Below the pieces are notes generated by a model. The model had not been told where the DNA came from and ran no database searches. It saw nothing but the letters and a program-made list of their open reading frames with translations. A stretch of 64,000 bases of DNA. Origin: Azolla caroliniana (taxonomy: Eukaryota; Plantae; Polypodiophyta). A program made the translations under genes and the position numbers. The stretch is from assembly GCA_043228905.1 (NCBI GenBank), contig JBHGNT010000003.1, positions 15,996,001 through 16,060,000 of the forward strand, read 5' to 3'. Below, one piece after another: positions 40,001 through 52,262 of the stretch; within the stretch, counting starts at the first letter, position 1; every line of letters starts with the position of its first letter.

Positions 40001-42901
40001 ATTTAAGTTAAACATTGTATTCATTGGAAGATCCTATCTTAAGCAATTCCATATCCCGATCTCATTGCTTGGCGATGAAATTCATAGAGTTTCTATAGCT
40101 CAAATCTGGTCTAAATATAGCTTCTCTTATGCCTTTCTGCTAAGAGATATCACTTATGCTATCCTTGATGTCAAGAGTTTCTTCATAAATATAGTTGCCT
40201 CTTCAGTTGATCAACGCAGTGCATAGATTGCTAATTTGTGTCGCGTATTGGTTGGAACACAAAAGTTATTGGAAAAATACCCAAACTTACCTATGCTGCT
40301 CTCGATTTACAACTTCTTGGTCACAGAAGCGGGATAATGTTAACAAAGACTTCTTCAATCAATTTAAACAGAAGTATAAAACACTGTCTATTAAAACCCT
40401 AAAATGATTTGATGGTTCTTATACGACGGATGGTTCTGAGATGCGGGACATAGCTACGACATATTACCATCAGTTCTTATATTCTAAATCCTTCTCAGAG
40501 GAAGATCTTAATAAGAGACAACTTGTACTAGAAACAGTACGACAGAAGGTCACTCATGTAATGGCTTCCTAGTTGCTTCAACCATTTACAGACATTGAAC
40601 TCTAGACAATGGCTAAATCCTTGGCTAAATATGTGTGTCCTGGAAAGGATACCATCGGAGTGGTATTCTATTTGCATTACTGGGACTTGTTGGGGCCTAG
40701 TCTTACTAGAGCAGTTAATTTAATTTTCTCAACAGGGAAGCCTGAATGCTTCTGCCAATAGAATGCGACCGCTGCTTCCCTCGATTATAAATGTTACACA
40801 ATCAGGATTCCTTCAAGACAAAAGCATCTTTGACAATATCTTACTTTTTTAAGAGATGATTGCATTAGCTTAACATCACAAACAATCCTTAGCTATACTA
40901 TTATTAGATTTTGAGAAAGCATATGATAAACTAGATTGGGACTTTCTGGAGTCCGTTCTATTAAGATTAGGGTTTCCAAGTGCATGGATAAAAGGTGTGT
41001 TGAGAATCAAACTCAACTTCCCATAGAGACAGTGTTCACACTAGCCAGTGGACATCGTACTAGGCTAGATTTGTAATTAGTAGAAAGGGCACTTTCCCTA
41101 GATCAGTTGGTATTTAAACCAACCTTTTGTAAGTGAGTCATTGTTGGATGTAATATACCGTTTCTTGTCTAGAGCTCTTTCTCTCTCTCTCTCTCTCATT
41201 CCCTCTTGTCTCACGTGCACATACATTGTCCTTCCGCTATACATAATCACCCTCTATTCTTTACATGGTATCAGAGCACGTGGTAGCTTGATCCAAGCCC
41301 ATCACCTTCACTGTGTCATGCTCAAGCTCGCAGAGAACCGACCGATCGTTGTAGCAACGGTTTCTGCACAGCTCGCATTAAGAGTAGAAGAAGTTCGACA
41401 ATGAACACCCAGATGGGAAGCGCTCTTCCCACCGAGAAGCACGATAGAACAAACTTCGCATCTTGGGAGTACAAGATGCATCTGTACCTTGTCGGACAAG
41501 GTTACTGGAGCTACATCAAGGGAGCTGATGAAACACAACCCAACCCGACACACGCCGACTACCTAGCATGGGAGCAGGCCACGAGACATGTGTTGTACTA
41601 CCTTGCATCATACGTTCATGACCGCATGCTCAACTATATTCGAGATTTGAAAACATCAAAAGAATCTTGGGGAAATATTAAGAAGATGTTTGCGGCCAAT
41701 ATGGTTGCACGAAAGCTCCAACTTCGACAGGAACTAAACAACATGCAACATTGGGACATGTTGAATACCGACTATACCTTGAAGATAAAAGAGTTATGTG
41801 ATGCCCTCGGTTCAATTACTGTCGTAATCGATGATGAAGAAATGGTGCAAATATGCCTCGGAGGCTTGACACCTCGATTCGGCATGATCAGATCAGCCAT
41901 TCTTGCGAGGGAGAACCCTCCCTCATTTTTTGACCTTCAATCGATTCTGTTGGTCGAGGAAAATCACGTTCAACAAAGGAACAATGCGCCTGATGGTGAG
42001 ATGCTCTACTCACAGTCAGATGATAGAAGAGGACTTGGCCATGGAAATAGAGGTCGGTTCGAACGAGGCCGACACGGTCGGCCGAACCAAGAGCATACCT
42101 TCCACCAATGGCAAGAGGATAGAAACAGTCCCATCGAGTTCGGTAGAAGGGGGAGCCACCCAGCCGGACCGACCAATTGTAACAACCCGATCGAATGTGG
42201 GTACTGTGGAAAACACGACCACTATGAAGAGGAGGGCCAAAAAAAGATACGAGACTCGGCTTCGACTAGCCGACAACTCACAAACTACGCTTCGAATTCC
42301 GACTACGACAATCGTGGTGGGATGTTCGTAATGATGCATGGAGCACACTCGGTGTTGGCACAGGCCCCGACCAAGACCTCTTCTTCCGATAGCACATGGT
42401 TTGTGAACTTAGGATCATCGAATCACATGATGTCCCATGAAGATTGGTTCCAAGAATTACGGAAGCTATGTTGAAACTGGAGATGATTTGACTCACCCAA
42501 TTCGGCATGTCGCGAATGTTTCATTCGGAAATGACGGAAAACAAAGCTACCTCAAGAACGTTTTGCATGTCCCAACCATCACAAAAAACTTTCTCTCGGT
42601 CGGCCAGATTGTCGAACAAGGTATGCAAGTACGATTCAATAATCAAGGGTGCTTCATCGAAAAGGACGATCAAATTATAGTGCACGGTCACCAAGAAGGT
42701 CGAATGTTCATCCTCGAATCAGAGGAGGTGTAATTGGCTATGTTCGCAAATGGCATCAAAGTTGAAACAGACTTGAAACTATGGCACAAGAGAATCAACC
42801 ACATCAATCTTGAAAAGCTCCAGAACATGCAGTCAAAAGGAGTCGTAATTGGACTCCCGACATTTACTTAGAAGGAGATTACGGGCGTATCCAAGGCATG
42901 A

Positions 42902-43552
42902 TGTCGTGAAAAATCCGTCACTACATGCGGATCGTGAGGTGGAACTACTGGGGTTCTGGATGGGAAGGATTCGAAGTTTGTACTAGCTTTAGCGAGAAAG
43001 TATTTAAGATAGATTGAAAGAGAGAGAGAGATTGAGATAAGATAGAACACTTGACTTTAGATTGAGAGAGATTGAAATGGAGAGAGAGATTAAGATTGAA
43101 CCCTTGACTTTAGATTTGAGGAACAAGGTATATCATCAATTGGATAACGAATTTTCTTCTTATTAAATTCTTGATTAATACATAGCTCCCTTTGAACTTT
43201 TTCATCCACTCTTTTATAGATATCCCCATGCATATGGTGCATGTGAGGGTACAAGACATACATACAATGCATGGAATGCATGTGATGCATGTTTGCCATT
43301 TGGCGCTCATGCATTACATGTGATGCATGATAACCATGTTACTCATTCAAGCTCTAATATGAGAATTTACATGTGAAACTATAATGATAGAAAAAACATT
43401 TATAAAGAAATGACTTGGCTTGGTGGTAAGTTTATTGCCTCCTAACTTGGAGGTGCAAGGTTCAAGCCTTGCTTGCATCCTATCCGATTGATCCGTCCAT
43501 CCGGTCCATCCAGTCCACATCCGACTCGGTGATCCGACGTTGCCGTTTGGTT
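42902..43552 (-). mobile_element. Truncated LTR fragment inserted in the Copia integrase region
   Basis: Non-Copia segment interrupting the C-x-x-G-K-Q codons. Starts TGTCGTG. Minus-strand TATAAAAG at ~43211-43218 followed by a CT-rich R-like region. tRNA-like module at 43416-43472. No TSD found. Confidence 0.65.
43416..43472 (+). other. tRNA-derived A/B-box module with cloverleaf-like arms in LTR U3
   Basis: TGGCTTGGTGG-32 nt-GGTTCAAGCC. Hairpins GGCTT/AAGTT, GCCTCC/GGAGGT and GCAAGG/CCTTGC. Confidence 0.7.
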
Positions 43553-46500
43553 CTTCGGAAAACAATGCCCACATCCATTCCTGAAAGAGAGGAATATGAG
43601 CAGAGGGGTCCTGGATGTAGTACATTCAGATGTGTGGGGATCAGCTCAAACCGACAACATTCGGTGGTTGCCGATATTATGTCACGTTCATCGGTGACTT
43701 CTCCAGGCATACCTAGCTCTACCCGATGAAACAGATGAGCGAAGTGTTCGACCACTTCCAAAGGTTCAAAAATGAAGTTGAAAAAGGCATAGGTCGGCAC
43801 GTACGCTGCCTTCTATTGGATGGAGGCAAAGAATACTTTTCAGACGAGTTTACGGCATGTCTCCGAAAGGAAGGAATATGATGAGAATTCTTGTGTCGAC
43901 ATATACCTTAGCAAAATGGTGGCACCAAACGGAAGAATCGGCACATAATAGAGGTTGCACGAGCAATGATGAATAAGAAGAACTTGCCGAAATCGTACTA
44001 GCCAGAAGCATCGACATGACCGTATATTTCATGAATGGGTGTACAACCTTTGGGGTACACGAAGTAACCCCGTATGAGAGGTTTTCTCGAGAGAAGCTGG
44101 ATTTATCACATATTCGGATTTTCGGCTCAATCGCCTATGTGCATATTCCCGACGAAACACAACAAAAGCTCAACCTGAAGTCAGAGAAATGTATCCTTGT
44201 TGGGTACTCACTCCAACAGATGGGGTACAAATGTTACAACCCATCTACCCGAAAAGGTCAAGTCGAGACGTCATTTTCGACGAGTTAGCATCCTGGTAAG
44301 ATCTAGAGACGACTCTGATTTCTACTCCAATCGACCCGGAATCGGCCGAATGAGAGATAGAAGACGAATTTCGACTCAAACACATGTTCGAAGAAATTCC
44401 AATTACGACAAGGCTTAGTGAACCACAAGAACCCCTGAGTGACCAAAGCACATCTCGACCGAGTCTGAAACTCGACAAAGGGAAGGCCAAAATGTCTGAA
44501 TACGAAGATCCAATCAACAATGCATCAACTCACACCCGATCGTCCAGACAAATGGAGTGAAGAAAGCATTGGTCTCCGTGAACGAGAAGCTACGTTGGTC
44601 AACCCGTGAAAAAAACCCCGTAAGCCGATTCGGCTACAATGAGTACATGGCGTATCATTACGCCTTTATGATGAAGGTAGCGATTACACGGGAGCCGGAA
44701 ACATTTTCCAAAGCCTGAAGGACCCTCGATGGGTCGACACGATGAACGAAGAAAGCGATTGGTTGCAGATGGGATCTATAAGGTCAAATACAATGCAAAT
44801 GGCTCCATAAATCACTTCAAAGCATGACTCGTCGCAAAAGGATATGCACAAATGCACAAAGCCAACTACGAGGAGACCTTTGCCCTAGTGGCAAAGATGA
44901 TGACTGTGCAGACTGTAATTGCACTTGCAGGCACGAAAGGGTGGCATCTCCACCGAATGAATGTCAAGAATGCCGAAGGCAAATTGGAAGAGGAGGTGTA
45001 TATGGTATAAACACCCGGCTTCGAATCCCGTATTCATCCGAAAGTCGTGTGCCGTGTCAAGAAGCCAATCTATGGCCTCAAGCAAGCACTGCGTGCTTGG
45101 CATTCAATGATCACTCAGTATCTTCACCAAATCAGCTTTCGAATGTCGAAATCGGACAACTCCCTGTACATCCGAAATGAGCTGCACAACCCGATTGTCA
45201 TTATCCTATACATGGATGATCTAGTAATCGATGGAAAGGATCTCGCCGAGATCATTAAACTCAAATCACTCCTATCCGGCAGAATCGAAATAAAAGACCT
45301 GCATGAGCTCCCTTATTTTTTTGGCATTGAAGTAATTCGAACACCAATCAAGATATTGATCTCTCAACGACACTACGTTTTGAACTTACTCTACAAATTC
45401 GAAATGACCGAGTGCAAACCTGTGTCTACCCCTCTCCACCGACATCTCAATGTCGATGTCGATTCAGGCACAACCGAATGCGATCCGACTCGGTATCGAC
45501 AATTGATTGAACTATCACATGACCTGACCTCAGCTATTCAATCGACCTACTCAGCCAATTCATCGACTACTCCGCCAATTCATGCAGAACCCACGAAATG
45601 ATCATCTCGATTGCGCTAAGAGGATACTTCGATATGTTAGTACGATGATGGATTACAACATCATGCATAAGTCGAACACGCTTATTCGACTCGAAGGGTA
45701 CACGAACGCAGAATGGGTTGTTTCTAAGGATGATAGATGATCCACTTCCAGATTTGTCTTCTTACTCGGCAGCAGAGCGATCTCCTAGAGTAGCAAGAAA
45801 TAGCGGATAGTCACATTGTCAAGCACAGAGGCCGAATATTGGAGCGTGACAATCGCCGCATGCAAAGCTGTCTTGCTCAAACGCATCTTGAAGGACCTGG
45901 GTGTTCCCATTACGGATCCAATTCGCCTATTCTGCGACAACATGAACAACATCTACCTTGCTCAGAACCCGGTATTCCATGCACGAACTAAACACATCGA
46001 AGTCCACTACCACTTTATTCGCGAGCACATTCAGGCCGGTGAAATCGATTTCCAACACATCAGAACGAACCTTCAAGTTGTTGACATCTTTACGAAGGCC
46101 TTAGGAGTCGACAAGATCGGGCAACTCGCATCGGACCTCTGTTTCACAATCTCTACATTGCCGAGCTTGTGGGGGAGTACAACACTTGCCACGCAAGCAG
46201 TCGAGAAGCAGAAGTAACCCCGATCAATCGATCGAAGTCGACCAGTGGAGTCAAAGTACGAACAAACAATCGAACAATCGAAATCGAAAAGTGAAGTCCA
46301 AACCAAAATCGAAAAGTGAAGTCGAACCCGATTCAACCGAATCAAAGTGCTTCTTCGTAGACTAAACCAAAACAACCTTTTGACATCCGAAAGTTGTGTT
46401 CGAAGGGGCGTGCTGAGAATCAAACTCAACTTCCCATAGAGATAGTGTTCACACTGGCCATTGGACATCGTACTAGGTTAGATTTGTAATTAGTAGAAAG

Positions 46501-46584
46501 GGCACTTGCGCTAGATCAGTTGGTATTTAAACCAACATTTTGTAACATAGTTAGTGGTGGATGTAATATACAGTTTCATGTCTA

Positions 46585-46629
<45 letters not shown>

Positions 46630-49202
46630 CACACTTGTCTCACGTACACATACATAGTTCTTCCGTTGTACAGAATCACCCTCTATTCTTTACAAGGTGT
46701 GTCTGCATTATATAGACATGCTTCTAGCTTGGTTCTATTTTCTAGAGGCAATGATACATTATTTCCAATTTCCAGATTTATCTGAGAAGGTTATCCGTTA
46801 GCACCGTTTCTTTTGATTTTATTTGGGAACCTCTATCATCTTTTCTTAGATCCTCGACTGCGGCCATCCAAACAATAGCCTTACCTATTGCAAACTCGAT
46901 AGTTCTTGATGATGAGTTTGCAAATGACACTACTCTTTATATTTGTGGAGATGTTATTAATCTTGATCGGGTACAAAATGCTTTGCATATATTTTTAGAT
47001 GCTATTGGAGCCTCTCTCAATTGGAATAAATGTGTAGGCCTTTGGGCTAGTGATGAACCGCGTCTAGAGTGGTATCTAGGCCCTCCATTATGTTGGCTTA
47101 CCATTTGTTAGTTAGGTTGGCTTGTTGGTATAGATTTACCATTTGAAGTAATTATCAATCAAGCATAAGTTGGTATATTGGAACTCACAACAGTTATCCT
47201 TTGTAGGTCCGGTTGTCATTGCATATTCAGTGTTTCTGGCCTAAATGTCACTCGGCCACAACCGAATCTTGAATCATAGAAATGGGAATGAACGAGAGAG
47301 TACACAGAAATGACACAAGATATTTTCATGGAATACCCTAATAAGGAAAAACCACGGGAGCCCACGGACTCCAACTATCACTATATGAGAGGAAATACAA
47401 AGTGGAGGCACAAAGGCAACAACCTCGTGCTCGCGATCTTCACTAGACGGCGGTTACAAGAGAGAGTGCTCGTAGCTACTCTCTCGTGCTCTCTCTCTCT
47501 CTCTCTCTTTGTCACCTCTCTGTACAGTAGTTACAACAATATGACAACAACAATAACAACCACACACAAGTAATTGTCGTATGTCATATTTATACTTATA
47601 GGAACTTAGGGCTATTTATAAATATAGCCTCAATAGGCTTACTCAGAAAACATATTTACATATATGTTTTCTCTTCTTGTTCTCACCGGGTCTCCTCCGG
47701 TTTCCGGTTTTTTTCCGGTTCTCACCGGGTCCTCTTTATTCATCACCTGATCCCATCCGAAGGGACCGATTTCCCAACAATCTCCTCCTTCACTCCGGCA
47801 TGGGATGTCTCGTTAGCCCGATCCGCTTTCGGCACATGTCTAGCTTGTCGGTTGTCAACACCTTGGTCAACATATCAGACCTGTTCTCCTCCGTGTGGAT
47901 CTTCATCAGCATGAACTCTTGATCTTCTACTCTCTCCCGGATCCAGTGGTACCTCCGTTGGATATGTTTCGTTTAAGAATGGTAGGCCGCGTTCTTTGTA
48001 AGGTGGATGACTCTTTGACTATCGCAGGAGAACCGGTATTCCTCCTGTTGGATCCCTAGCTCTCTGATGAAGTCCTTCATCCAGATTATATCCTTGCCAG
48101 CTTCTTCAGCTGCCATGTACTCCGCCTCCGTGGTTGACAACGCAACCATCTTCTGCAGCTTCTACTTCCATGATACAGCTCCCCCTGCATAAGTCATGAC
48201 ATATCTAGATGTCGAACGGCTAGTATCTGCATTAGTCGACATATCCAAATCTGTGAATCTGTCAAGTTGGGGATTACCGGAGCTGAACTGGAGGCACATA
48301 CTCGGGGTGCCTTTCAGATACCAGAGTATCCACTTGACCGTGTTCCAATGCTCTTTTCCGGGATTTCTCATGAACCGGCTCATCACGCCGACTCCATATC
48401 CAATATCCGGTTGGGTACATACCATCGCATACATCAAGCTTCCGACGGCAGAGGCATATGGTATCTTCATCATATCCGTCTTCTCCGCCTTTGTCCTCGG
48501 GCTTTGTTTTTCGGACAACTTGAAGTTTGCTAGAAGTGTCGATCAGACTAGTTTCGCCTCCGACATGTTGAACCATTGAAGCACCTTTGTCACGTACTTC
48601 TGTTGTGACAACCACAATAGCTTCTTCCATTGGTCCTGGATGATGTGTATTCCTAATATCTGTCTTGTCGGACCCAAGTCTTTCATTGAGAAGGTCCTGT
48701 TATTCCTTGGGCAGGACGAGCCCTAACACAGGGTGTCCCTCTAAGACACTTCACCAAAGGGTGGTGCAAGTGGGGTAGGCGTAGATCGTGATACAAACGT
48801 ATTCCTAACCAGCTTGGTTAAGGATCGTAATACACGTGTAACATAGATTCAATTAAGACCAGAACGGTAATTAACTAAAGCCTCAAAGATTAAACAAGAT
48901 GTAGAACAACAACACTTTCATTAATAAACCGCTATCTCATTACAATCTAACAGAGTCCTTTCATAGGTCACCGGCTCTAGGTACGAACCGGTGCCAACCG
49001 GCAACCAGCTACGAACCGGTCCGGATCCGGATCGGCATACCGATTCCGGGTTCGTCCGTTTGCTTCTTAAAATATAATAATTATAGATAGTTCTAAAATA
49101 ACTATCCCTTTCCCATTTTGGACTTTATCCGGCTTTTAAGTCTTTGCCGGTCAACACATGGCACGCCCGTGGGACAGTACCTTGTATGTCGAATCCCATA
49201 GT

Positions 49203-52200
49203 TCACCTTTCAATATTCCGCCAAATGTCCAGAATGCTCTGGGCCAAGGGTTCTAAAGGCTCATCGGGTAGTTGCTCCTGTTCCCGCTCCTGCTCCTCTG
49301 GTCTCTCCGGTTCCACTGGTCTCCAGGCTTCCGATTCTGGTTCTGCCGGTTTGGGCTCCTCTTGCTGATGGTTTCCGGTGTGCAGGTTTTCATCCTTCGG
49401 CTGCTCCTCTGGAGTTTTGTTTGGCTGGCTTTCCCTGGTTCCAGCTTCATTTGGCGCCTGTTCCGAAGAGTGCTCTTTGTCACTGATATTGATCGCCACA
49501 ATTCTTCTAGCCACCTCTTGCCGTCGTCGTTCTCGTTCATACTGTTCGAACTGGAGTTGTGTATCTAGCTGGTCGTCGTCCAACTATTTCGCCAATCACC
49601 TCACCGCTGGCAATTGGTCCCCGGGTAACGATAGGAAGTCGTCCGACAATTCCTCCCTTATGGCTACAATGTTCTCCTCCTCCAGTTTATAGAAATCGTC
49701 GCCGTCCTTCCTCTAGTTCTCCGCATCCGCTCTCAGCACTTGTAACTCCGCTCCCTGCTTCGCCTATTTAGACCACCATTGAACCAAAATTTCTTCCACC
49801 AGTCTCTTTATCTGGTCTCTCCATGTCAGTACTAGATCACGGATTCACCCCAGCCCCATCTTCGACTTATTCTCTGCAGCCTGTTTTTATCCTTCAATTA
49901 TTTGATAAGGCTCGCAGTTGCCGCTTCTTGGCTTCTGTAGTGCATGAGATGTGTCTGATAGGTAGTTTGAACTTTGTTCAGAGCCATTGTAGCGCATTTC
50001 ATTGCCTAAGCGTGTTGCCGGCTTAACTCCATCCGTTCTTTTGCCGCTTCCGCTAGTCTTTTCGCTGCTTCAGCCCTCTTCGAGTGATCCTCCGCCAGGG
50101 CCGCCGTTGTCCGGTTAACCTCATCCCAAAGTTCCCATAACTTCTCCTGCTACCGGTCACTTTCGGTGATCAATTTCTTGTGTTCTACATCCAAGTGTTT
50201 GTGATCCCAGTGCAGCCAATCAAAGTTGTCCATTTTTTGTTTCAGCCTTTGATTGACCAGGTGGCGAGCACAGTCTTCCCGGTCCTTTTGTTGTTAGAGC
50301 TCTTCCTTGAGTCGCTCGATCTCTACTTTCGCCAAGCGCCGGAGTTCTTTTCCTGGAGTAGTTTTTCTTTTTCTTCCTTCAGTCGGTCATATGCTTGATG
50401 ACCTTTTCGCAGGCTTTCTTCAGCTCGCCGAAGACTTTCAGCTAATTTCTTTTGTTCTTCCTCCGTCTCCTTCTTCCCTTCACGTTCTCTAGCCCTTAAG
50501 GCCTCTTGGGCTTCCAATTCTTCTTTCAGCGTGGCGAGTTCTTGTTCCTGTGCCTTATTCGTGTCCAAGACTATTTCAGTCACCGGGGTCTCATTATTCT
50601 AAACACTCATCGGTGCCACCGATTCTAATTGTTTTAGTCCTTCAAGGACCAACTTAGCTTCCTCTTCTCTGGTCTTTTGCATTTCTTGTTCCATGCTCCG
50701 GATTCCTGATCGAGCCTTCTCTAGTTCTTCGGTTGTGGCGAGGAACCGGTCCACGTGTGCTCTTTCTTCTGTTTCTATGTGGCACACTTCCCCGGCCACT
50801 TGTTCTCCTATCCACCGTAGCCATTGGCTGCCGGTGCATTGTCCCCGTGCCGGTTTTGGTCGTTGTGTGGCTTCCTCATTCCCCAGGAACCTAATTTGGG
50901 TGGTGAGCGGTAGTTCCTGTTCTTGCTGTTGCTGTTGTGTCGGCGACACCAACAATTCAATCACTGGTTTTTGAACATCCGGTTCCGTTATTTGTTGCCG
51001 CACAGGTGCTTCTAAGACCGGAGCTGGTTGAACTGGTTTTGACTCCTTCCTGGGCTGCGTCTCCTCGAGGCGGGGCTTTGGTATATTGTCCCTTACCGGA
51101 CTTGATTCCTCCCCTTTGTGGCCCTCGTCACGTGGCTGTTTGTGACGTAATAGGGGCTCGACAGGTTCTTCTTCCTGTTCCTTTGCTAGGGTTCCGCTAT
51201 TGATTAACGCCGCCAAGGGGTCTTGCTCCTGTTGTTGTTCCAATTGTTGTTCGGGCCGGCGCAGCTGAATTTTTAAGGGTCTCACTGGTGTTTCCACCGG
51301 TGTCTCCTTCTCTGTCGTACGCTTCCGACTAGGCTGCTCCTTCGCCTTTTGTGAGGAGCCAACCGCTTTCCATCCGATCACTTGTTTCGCCAGGAGTTGC
51401 TGCCTTTTTGAAGATTGGTTAGGCGTTGATTCCGTCGGTCGCCCCCACTTCTTCAGCTATATCGGCTCTACTGGCGGCGCTAAAAGAGTGAGCCATTGTG
51501 CCACCGCCGTCCACATCTTCTTGCCATCCTTTTTGAAGATTGGTTAGGGGTTGATTCCGTCGGTCACCCCCGCTTCTTCGGTTGTATCGGCTCTACCGGC
51601 GGCTCTAAAAGAGTGAGCCATTGCGACACCGACATCCACATCTTCTTGCCATCCTTTACTAAGTCTATGGCCATGCTCAGACTGTCAGCGATGATCACTG
51701 GCCAATCCACCTGTACTCCCTCATAAGTCGCTATCATAAAACCGGCTATGTTCTTTGGCATAGTCGGGGGTCGGGGGTGTACATGCCCATATTCATGAAG
51801 CACACGAGCGACCTCCCAGAATAGAGTGTCCTGACCACCTTGCGTGCGGTACGCCTTGCTGGCTAGGGAGTACTCACCGAAGCACTTCGTGAGCATCTCC
51901 GGGGAAGGGTTGTCGATCGAGAATAATCTGTTGCCCGATAGGCCGATCATGGCGCGGATGGCCTTTTCTGTGAAGAACTCCGTATCGATCTCCTACACGA
52001 CTTTCTCGGCCTCGCCATGCGGAGGTGCCTCGACGATTCTTAAGAACCCTTCCAACCCGTGTTTCTTGAACCATTTCTTGGCCGCTTCCAAGAGTGCTAT
52101 GTGTTCCATATCGTCGTCTGAGTTTGTGGGACTTGGTAGAACTGGTACGTCTGTCCTTTCTTCTTGCGCTAGTCTGATCACTCTTAATCGGCTATGTGCG

Positions 52201-52262
52201 CTTAGTGCTCTGTTCTTGCGAAATGAGAGGGACTCTGCGAGGCGAAGGTTTTGTCTCTCCAT
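49203..52262 (-). pseudogene. Extra sense-strand ORF downstream of integrase (plant-transposon-protein-like N-domain + long coiled coil), disrupted
   Basis: Collinear fragments 51993-52262, 51564-51950 (YEGVQVDWPVIIADSL), 50599-51381, 50323-50583 and 49203-49583 (E/Q/K/R-rich heptads). 125-bp tandem duplication 51403-51657. Confidence 0.65.

Larger units (their letters stand above)
40998..46694 (+). mobile_element. Degenerate full-length Ale/Ivana-like Copia inserted in the LINE RT
   Basis: LTRs 40998-41265 and 46411-46694. TSD AGGTG. PBS TGGTATCAGAGC at 41266-41277. PPT GAAGGGGCG at 46402-46410. Gag 41401-42474, RT (KKPIYGLKQA, LYMDD), RH (HARTKHIEVHYHF, VDIFTKALG). Confidence 0.93.
37320..47245 (+). 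mobile_element. Degenerate L1-like LINE (ORF1 with CCHC; ORF2 APE endonuclease + RT), split by a Copia and 3'-truncated
   Basis: ORF1 YQGLPNQCFWCFKFGHLAKHC. ORF2 ILSWNVQGLG, LQEHH, GGDFNMI, SDHYP. RT LLDFEKAYDKLDW (~40900), GYPLAPFLF (~46790), FANDTT (~46920). The 5' boundary is approximate. Confidence 0.88.

Noticed and set aside
49203-52262. Retroviral envelope gene
   Set aside because: No signal peptide or transmembrane anchor is visible, so it is kept as an unknown extra ORF.
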